A stretch of 31,027 nucleotides of DNA from contig JAXDJL010000160.1 in NCBI GenBank assembly GCA_034665685.1, positions 1 through 31,027 on the forward strand, written 5' to 3'. The position numbers and the translations under genes are program-made. The stretch comes from Actinomycetota bacterium. Lineage in GTDB: Bacteria; Actinomycetota; CADDZG01; WHSQ01. Shown here piece by piece: positions 17,115 through 25,817 of the stretch. Positions within the stretch are counted from its first letter, which is position 1. The number at the start of each line of letters is the position of its first letter. The notes beneath the pieces are model-generated. The model was not told the DNA's origin. It did no database searches and saw nothing but the letters and a program-made list of their open reading frames with translations.

Positions 17115-18221
17115 TCAGACGCGTTGCCGGCGCTTGTGGATCGGCTCCCCCGTCACCGACAAACGACCCCCTTGGGCTCCGTGGCGCACCGCGACTATCT
17201 CCGCGGCGATGGACAATGCAACTTCTTCGGGCGTCGAAGACCCGATATCTAGCCCGATGGGGCTCGAGATCCGAGCGAGTTGTTCCTCCGTAACGCCTGC
17301 CTCGAGCAGCGCGTCACGTCTCTTCGCATGAGTATCGCGGCTACCCATCGCCCCTATGTAACCGGCGGGGCCGGCAAGAGCCTCGAGCAACACGGGCACA
17401 TCGAACTTCGGATCATGGGTCAAGACACAGATGACTGTTCTCTCGTCGATCTCGGAATGCGCCAGGAATTCGTGCGGCCACCTCACCACGACCTCGTCCG
17501 CCTCGGGGAAGCGCGCGCTGGTGGCAAACGTCGCGCGCGCGTCGCACACGGTCACCCTGTAGCCGAGAAACTTTCCGATACGCGCTACCGCCGCCGCGAA
17601 ATCGATCGCTCCGAAGACGAACATGTTCGGGCGTGGGGCGAAGGCTTGGAGGAACACGGCGACGTCGTCGGGACGACGTTCTCCCCTCGTTCCATACCTC
17701 AGAACCTTGGCATCCCCAATCTGGGCGATGCCCGCGGCATCGTCTGCAACGGCGCGGTCGAGGCCGCTAAATCCCAACGTCCCGCGGATCTCTCTGTCAT
17801 CGACGAGCGCGACGGCCCCGGCTCCGGGCCCTTCGATCACCGTCGCAAGCACCACGGTCTCCTCATGGTCCAGGGCATCTCTGAGTCCGAGCAGGACCGC
17901 AGCATCTGGGGGAGTGATCGGGGTGATCGCTATCCGGATCGTGCCCCCGCACGTGAGGCCAACCTCGAAGGCTTGGTCGTCGGAGATGCCATACGCGGAC
18001 ACCGATGGGGCGCCGGTTGCGATAGCAGAAAGAGCTTCCGCGTATACGGCCGGCTCGACGCAGCCTCCCGAGACCGAACCGGCAACGACCCCATCCGCAG
18101 ATACGGCGAGGGACGACCCGGGTGCCCGCGGTGCCGAACCGGCGACTGCAACGACGGTGGCGACTGCGACGTCCTTCCCCTGAGCAAGCCAGTCCAGCAC
18201 GTCATCGAGGATGTCGCGCAT
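17115..18221 (-). CDS. xdhC: XdhC/CoxI family molybdoenzyme maturation factor
   Basis: GSAPRAPG, GSVSGGCVE, GLTCGGTI, LTHDPKFD, YIGAMGSR, SPIGLDIGSSTPEEVALSIAAEI. Confidence 0.93.
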   Translation of the reverse strand: MRDILDDVLDWLAQGKDVAVATVVAVAGSAPRAPGSSLAVSADGVVAGSVSGGCVEPAVYAEALSAIATGAPSVSAYGISDDQAFEVGLTCGGTIRIAITPITPPDAAVLLGLRDALDHEETVVLATVIEGPGAGAVALVDDREIRGTLGFSGLDRAVADDAAGIAQIGDAKVLRYGTRGERRPDDVAVFLQAFAPRPNMFVFGAIDFAAAVARIGKFLGYRVTVCDARATFATSARFPEADEVVVRWPHEFLAHSEIDERTVICVLTHDPKFDVPVLLEALAGPAGYIGAMGSRDTHAKRRDALLEAGVTEEQLARISSPIGLDIGSSTPEEVALSIAAEIVAVRHGAQGGRLSVTGEPIHKRRQRV

Positions 18222-18271
18222 CAGGTTCGCCTACCACGTCGAAGAGCATCGAACGGAGTCACCTTGACAAC

Positions 18272-19192
18272 CTATTTCGCCCCGTCGCTCCATCGCGTCA
18301 CGCTCTCGTCTAAGACCTCGAGGCGAGCTTCGATCAGAGCGGCGGATCCACCGACGGCCGGGAGTGGTGCCCTCATGCCGCCGCTGGGGAGACCACGCCG
18401 GTGCATCAGATACTTGATCCCACCCACGTAGGGAACCCCGTCGAGAACGGCCTGCAAGCGGGCGGCAGTCAGCTGCACACGGGTGGCCTGGTCTACCTCT
18501 CCCTTCTTCCACAGCTCGTACAAGGCGACGAAAAGCTCGGGGAATGCGCTCGCGAGGGCCGAGACCGACCCGAGCGCGCCCATCAATAGTGCCGGTAAGA
18601 CGATCAGATTATTGCCGGTATAGACCTCGACCGGGGGGTCGGTGAAGGTGCCGTACCGGGTCACCCGGGCGACCGAGTCGCCGGTGTCTTTGACGCCACG
18701 GATGTTCTCGACCTCGCGGACAAGCTCGTGAACCATCTCGAAATCGAGCGAGTAGCCCACTCGTTCGGGGTTGTCGTAGAGATAGACCGGCGCCGAACAA
18801 GCGTGTGCAACATCGGTGAAGTGTTGTCGCAAAGCTGCAGGACCGTAAGCGAAATAGAACGGCGAGACGACGGCCACCGCATCTGCGCCCCCCTCAGATG
18901 CATGAGCGGCAAGAGCAGCAGCCGTGTGCGTGTCCGGCGCGCCACAGTGCACAGCCAGAGGGACGCGGCCGCCGACCTTCTCGAGGGCAAACTCCGCCGC
19001 AGCGCGTCGCTCGTCGGGGCCGAGTAGAAGGCCCTCTCCCGCCGTGCCCAGCACGAACAACCCATGGATCCCCGATGCGATCTGGTGCTCGATCAACTCG
19101 CCGAAGGCCCCGTAGTCGATGCTTTGGTTCGGTTGGAACGGGGTTATCAACGAGCACACGATGCCGCCCGCCAGGCCTTTCGGCGCTGTCAT
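18272..19192 (-). CDS. DapA/NanA-family class I aldolase/lyase
   Basis: ITPF, GTAGE, YLYDNP, Schiff-base GVKDT; GTAGE differs from the GTTGE of true DHDPS. Confidence 0.9.
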   Translation of the reverse strand: MTAPKGLAGGIVCSLITPFQPNQSIDYGAFGELIEHQIASGIHGLFVLGTAGEGLLLGPDERRAAAEFALEKVGGRVPLAVHCGAPDTHTAAALAAHASEGGADAVAVVSPFYFAYGPAALRQHFTDVAHACSAPVYLYDNPERVGYSLDFEMVHELVREVENIRGVKDTGDSVARVTRYGTFTDPPVEVYTGNNLIVLPALLMGALGSVSALASAFPELFVALYELWKKGEVDQATRVQLTAARLQAVLDGVPYVGGIKYLMHRRGLPSGGMRAPLPAVGGSAALIEARLEVLDESVTRWSDGAK

Positions 19193-20337
19193 CGCCGCGG
19201 TAGCCGCCCCTTCAGATCCATCGCGGCACGCACGCGTGCCTGAGCCAGCGAAGTCGCTGCCTCGTGGGTGGTTACGTCGGCCTTTCGGGCCGCCTCGACG
19301 ACGCTCCGTGCATTCGCCCTCATCTTCTCCGAGATCAACTCGAGGATCGCACCGGCGTCCGGACGGAAGGCTGAATACCGGGCATCCATCGCCACGCCGG
19401 CTCCGACAACCGCACCTGCGTTCGCGATGAAGTCGGGGATGACGGTCACACCTCGCTCCTTCAAGCGTTGCTGCGCCGCCACGTTCGTCGGAAGGTTGGC
19501 TCCTTCGATCAAGACCTTGCAGGTGAGCTTATCGATGTCGTTCTCGTCGATCACGTCCTGTCGAGCCGCCGGCACCACGACGTCGGCGCTTACGAACAGC
19601 TCTTGGCCCAATTCGATCCGTTTTGAGTCCTCGTACTTCTCGACGAGCGAGTCGCCTACCTCCTTGCGGAGGTCGAGCAGCCTCGCCACGTCGAGGCCAT
19701 TCGGGTCGTGCAGCGCGCCTTCTGCAGTCGAAACGGCGACCACGGTGGCCCCGAGCTCTGCGAATCTCTTTGCTGCCGCGTGCCCAACCGCGCCGAACCC
19801 CTGGATCGCAACCGACGACCCCTTGAGCTCGAAACCGTGCACCTCGCAAGCCGTTTCGGCGGCTTCGGCGACGCCGTAGCCGGTCAGTCCCAACTCGTCA
19901 TAGGGGACGCCGCCCAGCTCGTAGGGACTTCCCACGGCCGCTCCCCTGTCGCCGAGCTCGTCCTGCACGACGGCCGCGTCACGCTCCTCCAAACCCATAT
20001 CGAGACCCAGCACGTAGTCGTCGGGGATGTGGCGGTGGAGGGCGCGCGCCCATGACCGGAGGATCTCTTCCTTGTTCGGCGCTTTCGGGTCGGCGACGAT
20101 CCCGCACTTCGCACCCCCGAAGAAGATGTCGACCCCCGCCCATTTCCACGTCATGACCCGCGCCAGTCGCGCTACCTCCCGGATCGAGACGGTGGGACTC
20201 ATCCGAGTGCCTCCCTTACCCATCCCGCGCGCGGTGTTGTCGATCACCATCACGCCCTTCATGCCGGTGCGCGTATCGGAGACGCAGATGACCTGCTCCG
20301 GACCCCACTCGTCCATTAGCTCGAACACTTCACTCAC
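19189..20337 (-). CDS. Glu/Leu/Phe/Val dehydrogenase family protein
   Basis: GKGGTR, MTWKW, GGAK, TGYGV, IQGFGAVG, IEGANLP, IPDFIANAGAV. Confidence 0.93.
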   Translation of the reverse strand: MSEVFELMDEWGPEQVICVSDTRTGMKGVMVIDNTARGMGKGGTRMSPTVSIREVARLARVMTWKWAGVDIFFGGAKCGIVADPKAPNKEEILRSWARALHRHIPDDYVLGLDMGLEERDAAVVQDELGDRGAAVGSPYELGGVPYDELGLTGYGVAEAAETACEVHGFELKGSSVAIQGFGAVGHAAAKRFAELGATVVAVSTAEGALHDPNGLDVARLLDLRKEVGDSLVEKYEDSKRIELGQELFVSADVVVPAARQDVIDENDIDKLTCKVLIEGANLPTNVAAQQRLKERGVTVIPDFIANAGAVVGAGVAMDARYSAFRPDAGAILELISEKMRANARSVVEAARKADVTTHEAATSLAQARVRAAMDLKGRLPRR

Positions 20338-20359
20338 TGGAACCCCCGTTCTGTTGGGC

Positions 20360-22018
20360 TTATCCGTCTGTGGCGCGAGTCAGGTTCACCGGCTCGCCTT
20401 CTGTCACCAAGAAAACGTCCTCCACCCCGATGCAGTGATCGCGGAAAGGCCACTGGAATTCGGCGGCTCCGACCATCCCGGGCTCGAGCGTGCCGGCGGC
20501 GCCTAGTTTCAGTCCCACGGTCGCAGGTTCTTGTTTCCCGAGGAGATGTCCGATATCCCTCTTGAAACCATCGGTCAGCGACGGCCCCGGGGGGGCGAAG
20601 CCCGCCGAAACGATCTCGTTGCGATGGGGTTCGAGCGCCGCCATCCCCGCTCGGAAAACCTCTTCTCCGGTGACTCCCGGTTTGCAGGAGCCGATCGCAT
20701 CCGTCACGAGCGTCTGGTGGAGGAGGTCATAGAGCCAGCGACCCTCATCGCTGCCGACGACGGACCGGGTGATATCCGAGACCGCGCGATACATGCCGAA
20801 CTCGTCGTACAGGAGCAGGCCTGCGTCGATCTTGAGGCTGGTCAGCCCCTTCAAGCTGAAGTCCGTCGCCCGCGCCGGAAGAAGGGAGCGGTTCCCGGCA
20901 TGGGTGTGCGTGAAGTAGCTCTCCACACGTATCGGAAGTGACTCGTCGGTGATGATCCCGCGGACCGTTTGCCGATACCGGCGGTACGCGTCGAGCTCGG
21001 TGACGTCACCACCGCGGTCCAGCACATTGGTCACCAGCTGCAGGGCCGCCATCACACCCCGCAACGTCACATCCGCGGCAACCACGTAGTACGGGACGTC
21101 ACGCCACGAGCGCCGTTCACGCCACCTGCGAAGAAGATCGGTCGCCGGCCTCGCCGTAGCGAGATCGATCCCGAACCCACGCGCCGCCGCCACGCTCAAG
21201 TCGCGCTCTTCGTAACCGATGACACCGATGGTTGCGAACCGAGACGCGTAGTCGGTCTCGCGCCGGTTCTCTGCCGGAGCCAGCCATGGAAGTTCGCGCC
21301 GCGACAGAACCTGGACTTCGTCCGAGTCCCTCTCGACTATGGCCCACACGTCGTCCCTCAACGTCCCCATCGGGAAGCCCGTCAGCTCCTGGACGTTCAG
21401 CGGAGAGCTTGCCACGAGGACATCGATACCGGCGCCCTCCAACATCTCGTCGAGGGGGCCGAACGAGTCGTCGCTATCGCCGTCGAGGAAAGGCGCCAGG
21501 GCGGCCGTGACACCGAGGGCCTCGATCCTTGGGCGCGCATGCCCCACGATCGTTGCGAAACTGCGTGCGAAAGAAGCTGCCACGGCGGGCCGGGTGATCG
21601 AGTAGTGATAGCCGGGCACCACGAACAGCGTCGGCTCTTCGGGTCGGAACCCAGCTTCGTTCACCAGCCGGTCGTGTGGTTCGACCGGCATCTTCGAGTC
21701 GAGGCGGGCCGAAGGGGCGGCGACGGATTTCGCTGCGGCCACCACATCTTCGACGGCGTCGGTAGGTTCGAGGCTCGCATCAAAAGTGAAATATGGGTTG
21801 TGGAACAGGACCCTAACGTCGCTGTTCCACTCGAGCTCAACGTTCGGTCGGTCGATCTCTTTCATGAGCAGCGTCGGGATGCCGTCATTGGGGACATAAA
21901 CGACCGGGAGCTCGCTCTTGAACCCATCCAGCGAGAGGTGTGCGGGGAGCGACTGGTACCACGCGTCGAAACCGGTGTGTTGGGCGACGACCTCGGGATC
22001 CGCGCTGAGATATCCCAT
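20360..22018 (-). CDS. M24 (pita-bread) family hydrolase with an extended N-terminus
   Basis: Creatinase_N-like GIDVLVASSPLNVQELTG; metal-ligand motifs KIDAG, SDITRS, IGHLLG, AAEF, GVEDVFLVT. Confidence 0.85.
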   Translation of the reverse strand: MGYLSADPEVVAQHTGFDAWYQSLPAHLSLDGFKSELPVVYVPNDGIPTLLMKEIDRPNVELEWNSDVRVLFHNPYFTFDASLEPTDAVEDVVAAAKSVAAPSARLDSKMPVEPHDRLVNEAGFRPEEPTLFVVPGYHYSITRPAVAASFARSFATIVGHARPRIEALGVTAALAPFLDGDSDDSFGPLDEMLEGAGIDVLVASSPLNVQELTGFPMGTLRDDVWAIVERDSDEVQVLSRRELPWLAPAENRRETDYASRFATIGVIGYEERDLSVAAARGFGIDLATARPATDLLRRWRERRSWRDVPYYVVAADVTLRGVMAALQLVTNVLDRGGDVTELDAYRRYRQTVRGIITDESLPIRVESYFTHTHAGNRSLLPARATDFSLKGLTSLKIDAGLLLYDEFGMYRAVSDITRSVVGSDEGRWLYDLLHQTLVTDAIGSCKPGVTGEEVFRAGMAALEPHRNEIVSAGFAPPGPSLTDGFKRDIGHLLGKQEPATVGLKLGAAGTLEPGMVGAAEFQWPFRDHCIGVEDVFLVTEGEPVNLTRATDG

Positions 22019-22021
22019 CCG

Positions 22022-22777
22022 TTACTGCGCGGTCCAGCCGCCGTCGACCAGGAGATGATGACCCGTGACGTAAGAAGATTCCTCCGAGGCAAGGAACGTG
22101 ACGGCGCCCACAACGTCACTCGGCTCGCCGACCCTGCCCAGAGGGGTCCGGTCGAGGACGAACTTCTCGTTCTCCGCCTTGGCGAGCCACTCCTCGTTAA
22201 GACTCGTTCGGATGTATGCCGGTCCCACTGCATTGACACGGATCGTCGGGGCCCAGTTGACGGCCAGAACTCGGGTCATGTGGATCAACGCAGCCTTGGA
22301 TGCGGAATAAGAGACGGACGCCCCTGTCGTGACCTCACCCGCGACTGACGTGATGTTGACGACGTTCCCGCCGGCCCCATCGAGCATCTTTCTTGCGACC
22401 GCTTGCGTCAGGAAAAACGCTCCGCGAACGTTTATCTCGAACACCTCGTCCCACGACTCAGGTTCCATCTCCAAGGGGTTCCCGCGCACGATCGTTCCCG
22501 CGGCGTTCACCAGCACATTGATAGGTCGCCACTCCCATGCCAAGGCGACCGCAGCCTGGATGGAGGCCAGGTCACGGAGATCTGCGGGCACGCTCAAGAA
22601 GTCGGTACCGAGCCCCCGCAGCTCGTTGCCAAGCTCGTCGAGTGCCGACTCGGTCCGCGCGAGACCGACCACGGAGGCCCCTTCCCGGGCAAGACCACGA
22701 GCGATCTCTCGACCTATCCCACGGCTCGCGCCGGAGACCAGGACCGTGCGGCCTGCGAGTCTCCCGGACGGCGTCAC
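22022..22777 (-). CDS. SDR family NAD(P)-dependent oxidoreductase
   Basis: SGASRGIG, LVNAAG, NITS, YSASKAA, RVNAVGP, TGHHLLVDGG. Confidence 0.95.
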   Translation of the reverse strand: MTPSGRLAGRTVLVSGASRGIGREIARGLAREGASVVGLARTESALDELGNELRGLGTDFLSVPADLRDLASIQAAVALAWEWRPINVLVNAAGTIVRGNPLEMEPESWDEVFEINVRGAFFLTQAVARKMLDGAGGNVVNITSVAGEVTTGASVSYSASKAALIHMTRVLAVNWAPTIRVNAVGPAYIRTSLNEEWLAKAENEKFVLDRTPLGRVGEPSDVVGAVTFLASEESSYVTGHHLLVDGGWTAQ

Positions 22778-22790
22778 GCGCTCGTCATGA

Positions 22791-23816
22791 CTAGTTCGGC
22801 GCGAAGAGGTCCATCAAGCGCGTTGCTTGGTGCTTGGCGGCAGGTCGAAGGATCGGCAGCTGCACGCCGACATCTCTGAACTCCTGAACCCGCTTCTGAA
22901 CCTCCTCGGGCGTGCCACTGGCGGTCATGCCCTCGACGTACGAATCCGGCACCGCTTTGATGAGTTCCTCTTTTCCGCCGCGCGCCCAAGCTTCCTCGAA
23001 CTTGGGGATGTCTTCCTTCTTGATGTACGGCTCGCCGACGCGCATCTTGGGGCCTGCGATGAACGGGAGTTGGATAGGGTCGAGTTTGCTGGCGACCTCC
23101 CACTTGATGGCATCGACCGCCTTCTGATGGTCGTCCTCCACCGAGCAATTGATCAACTGGGCAACCTTGAAGTCGGCCCAGTCACGTCCGGAGTCGTCCA
23201 CCGCCTTGCGAACGATCTTCAACGCGTTGGCGGAGTACTCCGGAGAGCAGATCGCGTTCAACAGCACACCGTCTCCGATCGTGCCGGCGATCTTTAGCCC
23301 GGTCGTGCTTGTTGCCGGGATGTACATCGGGATGTACCTACGACGTGGTTCGAAGCCGAGCTTCACGTTGGAGAACTTCACGGTTTCCCCGTCGTAATCG
23401 ACCTCGCCGCCGGCCAGGATCGCCCTGATCGACTGAATCCAGTCGCGCAAGGTCGCGCCGGGGTTGATCGACTCGAGCCCGTGGCGCTTCGCATGCGTGT
23501 TGGTGCACGCCCCCGGTGCAACCATCAGCCGGCCGTCGGCGATCTCATCGAGCGACGCGAAGGTCTGAGCCATGACGAGCGGCGTACGAAGGCGAACTAT
23601 CTGAGTGCACCCGATCTGCATACGCTTAGTGGAGAGTGCGAACGCCGTAAGAGCGGACACAGAGTCCCTCATCAGCTCGATCGTCTCCGAGAAGAACCCG
23701 ATCTCGAACCCAGCCTCATCGGCGCGCTTGAACCACTCCGCCATCTCCTTGACATCGGCCGCCGGGTCGTACCCGGCAGCAAACCCGACCCGGTCGTTGT
23801 CCATTGACGCAATCAC
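22791..23816 (-). CDS. LLM-class oxidoreductase, Mer-like (LLM-2)
   Basis: ADEAGFEIGFFSE, RTPLVMAQTFASLDEIADGRL, IPMYIPAT, AGTIGDGVLLN, GTPEEV. Alternative start ATG 23804. Confidence 0.88.
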   Translation of the reverse strand: MIASMDNDRVGFAAGYDPAADVKEMAEWFKRADEAGFEIGFFSETIELMRDSVSALTAFALSTKRMQIGCTQIVRLRTPLVMAQTFASLDEIADGRLMVAPGACTNTHAKRHGLESINPGATLRDWIQSIRAILAGGEVDYDGETVKFSNVKLGFEPRRRYIPMYIPATSTTGLKIAGTIGDGVLLNAICSPEYSANALKIVRKAVDDSGRDWADFKVAQLINCSVEDDHQKAVDAIKWEVASKLDPIQLPFIAGPKMRVGEPYIKKEDIPKFEEAWARGGKEELIKAVPDSYVEGMTASGTPEEVQKRVQEFRDVGVQLPILRPAAKHQATRLMDLFAPN

Positions 23817-23860
23817 CCCTTCGCAGGCCCTTCCAGGCCCGCACTCGCCTGCCCAAATGT

Positions 23861-23888
23861 ATTTTAACGTTTAGTATCTTGATGTCTA
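23861..23888 (-). promoter_or_regulatory. Promoter of the LLM-2 / SDR / M24 / dehydrogenase / aldolase / xdhC / mocA operon
   Basis: TAGACA (23888-23883), 16 nt, TAAAAT (23866-23861), in an AT-rich patch. Confidence 0.55.
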
Positions 23889-23892
23889 GATA
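23875..23892. promoter_or_regulatory. Strongest candidate MarR operator (autoregulatory site)
   Basis: TATCTTGATGTCTAGATA, 14/18 self-palindromic, in the divergent region next to the MarR gene; a weaker overlapping site TATTTTAACGTTTAGTAT lies at 23860-23877. Confidence 0.78.
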
Positions 23893-23947
23893 CGTCACGG
23901 CGACACATCTGTCAAGATGCTCCCCTACAGTGCGAGCGGAGGACACG

Positions 23948-24466
23948 GTGGCCGAGGACTACGTCGACGAGATCTTGCGGCAGTGGAGCCGCGAACGCCC
24001 TGACCTGGATGTATCGCCGATGGGGGTGATCGGGCGACTCTCGCGGCTGACGCGCCATCTCGAAAGGGCGATCGAGGAGACATTCCAGAGCCACGGCCTC
24101 GGAGCGGGAGGCTTCGACGTTCTCGCGGCGCTTCGCCGCTCGGGCAAGCCCTATCGTCTCTCTCCCACCGAGCTTTACAACTCTCTCCTGATCTCCTCGG
24201 GCGCTATGACGAACCGGATCGACAGGCTCGAGGAACAGGGACATGTGGTGCGCGCCCCGGATGCCCACGATCGTCGAAGCATATCGGTCGCGTTGACGCC
24301 GAAGGGGAAGAAGACGATCGATGACGCGGTTCGCGAACACACGGAACGGGAGCACAATCTCTTGGCGAGCCTCAGTTCGCAGGAACAGAAGCAGCTTGCC
24401 GGTCTGCTGAGAGAGCTCCTACTGCAGTACGACGGCCAGGGCGTCCGGGAGAAAGCTCCCTCCTAA
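23948..24466 (+). CDS. MarR-family repressor of the PecS/TamR/HucR (UrtR) class
   Basis: DYVDEILRQWSRERPDLDVSPMGVIGR, FDVLAALRRSG, SGAMTNRIDRLE, DRRS. Start moved to GTG 23948 (GGAGG 5 nt upstream). Confidence 0.92.
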   Translation: MAEDYVDEILRQWSRERPDLDVSPMGVIGRLSRLTRHLERAIEETFQSHGLGAGGFDVLAALRRSGKPYRLSPTELYNSLLISSGAMTNRIDRLEEQGHVVRAPDAHDRRSISVALTPKGKKTIDDAVREHTEREHNLLASLSSQEQKQLAGLLRELLLQYDGQGVREKAPS

Positions 24467-24948
24467 CCCGGGTCCCGGGGTAGCCGTCCCGAAGCTTTCC
24501 TCACTGCCGCCACGATGTTCTGGTAACCGGTACACCGACAGACGTTTCCACTGAGACGCTCCCGGATCTCGTCATCCGTTGGATCGGGCTTTTCCCGGAG
24601 CAGCTCGGTGATCGTCATCAGAAACCCCGGAGTGCAGAACCCGCACTGGAGGCCGTGCTCCTCCGCGAAGGCCGCCTGAAGCGGGGCGAGCTCGCCGCCG
24701 ACAGGGGCGAGGCCTTCCACTGTTTCGAGCTGGTGGTCGTGCGCTTGCACAGCGAAGAGCAGACACGACCTGACGCTCCGCCCGTCCATGAGGATCGTGC
24801 ATGCACCACAAACACCGTGTTCGCACCCGAGATGAGTACCGGTGAGCCGTAACCTGTCCCGCAGGAAGTCGGCCAGGGTCATGCGCGGATCAACGGACTC
24901 TCGAACCTCTCGACCGTTGATCCGGAAAGAGATCTCGACGGAGCTCAT
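24463..24948 (-). CDS. coxS: Mo-hydroxylase small [2Fe-2S]2 subunit (CoxS/CutS-like)
   Basis: GCEHGVCGACT, LQCGFCTPG, GNVCRCTGY. Start moved to ATG 24948 (ATGA overlap with the coxM stop). Confidence 0.93.
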   Translation of the reverse strand: MSSVEISFRINGREVRESVDPRMTLADFLRDRLRLTGTHLGCEHGVCGACTILMDGRSVRSCLLFAVQAHDHQLETVEGLAPVGGELAPLQAAFAEEHGLQCGFCTPGFLMTITELLREKPDPTDDEIRERLSGNVCRCTGYQNIVAAVRKASGRLPRDPG

Positions 24949-25817
24949 CGGCCACCATCCTCTGCTCGGTCCACGGCTAGTCGCATCGCGCGCTTCATTA
25001 TGAGAGCCGCACAATGGCGCCTGAACTCACTCGACCCATGGATATCCCCCGTCGGATCGATCTCGTCTTGGAGAGCTACACCGATCGCGTCCAAGACGTC
25101 ATCTCCCCCGTCCGAGCCGATCATCATCGCGGCCGCCTCGGAGCGCACCGGAGTCCCACCTACTCCAACAAGCGCCACTCGGGCATCGCTGATCACGCCT
25201 CCCGAACGATGCACCACTGCGGCCGATCCGACTATTCCGAAGTCTCCGTGACGTCGCGAGAACTCCTCGAACGCCGACCCTGCCCCTCGCTCGGGGAGAG
25301 GAAACCGAATCTCGGTAAGCACCTCCTCGGGCTCGAGAGCAGTTGTGAAATACGACTGGAAGAAGTCAGTAGCCGCGATCGTCCGCCGCCCGCCTGGCCC
25401 CGAAGCTTCGAACTCGGCATCCAAAGCCAATGCCAGAGCCGGCCACTCAGCCGCGGGATCGGAATGGGCACAGCTGCCGCCCACCGTTCCTCGATTGCGT
25501 ATCGCCACATGGCCGAGCACCGACATCGCTTCTCGGATCATCGGAGAGCGGTCCTGCAGGGCCGCATCGAGCTCGATATCGCGGTGGGTGGTCATCGCGC
25601 CGATCCGAACGACGTCGTCGCCGTGTCGCACGTACCTCAGCTCGGCGACGCGGCCCAGGTCGACCACGACCGACGGGCGGGCGAGTCGCAATGCCATGAG
25701 CGGCACGAGGCTCTGGCCGCCTGCCAACAGCTTGGCTTCGTCACCGTGTTGCTTGAGGAGCGAGACAGCCTCATCGACCGTATCCGGAGCGGCGTAATCG
25801 AACGGTGGGGGCTTCAC
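24945..25817 (-). CDS. coxM: Mo-hydroxylase FAD-binding subunit (CoxM/CutM-like)
   Basis: LLAGGQSLVP, IRNRGTVGGSCAHSDPAAE, RRHGDFG, DIHGSSEFRRH. Confidence 0.93.
   Translation of the reverse strand: MKPPPFDYAAPDTVDEAVSLLKQHGDEAKLLAGGQSLVPLMALRLARPSVVVDLGRVAELRYVRHGDDVVRIGAMTTHRDIELDAALQDRSPMIREAMSVLGHVAIRNRGTVGGSCAHSDPAAEWPALALALDAEFEASGPGGRRTIAATDFFQSYFTTALEPEEVLTEIRFPLPERGAGSAFEEFSRRHGDFGIVGSAAVVHRSGGVISDARVALVGVGGTPVRSEAAAMMIGSDGGDDVLDAIGVALQDEIDPTGDIHGSSEFRRHCAALIMKRAMRLAVDRAEDGGR

Noticed and set aside
17280-18431. 383-aa plus-strand ORF
   Set aside because: Antisense shadow of xdhC.
18272-19192. Housekeeping dapA
   Set aside because: GTAGE instead of GTTGE, and the gene sits inside a catabolic operon; family-level call only.
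20969-22348. 459-aa plus-strand ORF
   Set aside because: Antisense shadow of the M24 and SDR genes; Arg/Pro-rich composition typical of GC-rich off-frames.
23804-23947. 48-aa N-terminal extension of the MarR ORF
   Set aside because: It crosses the AT-rich promoter/operator region; GTG 23948 has a good RBS and gives a typical family length.
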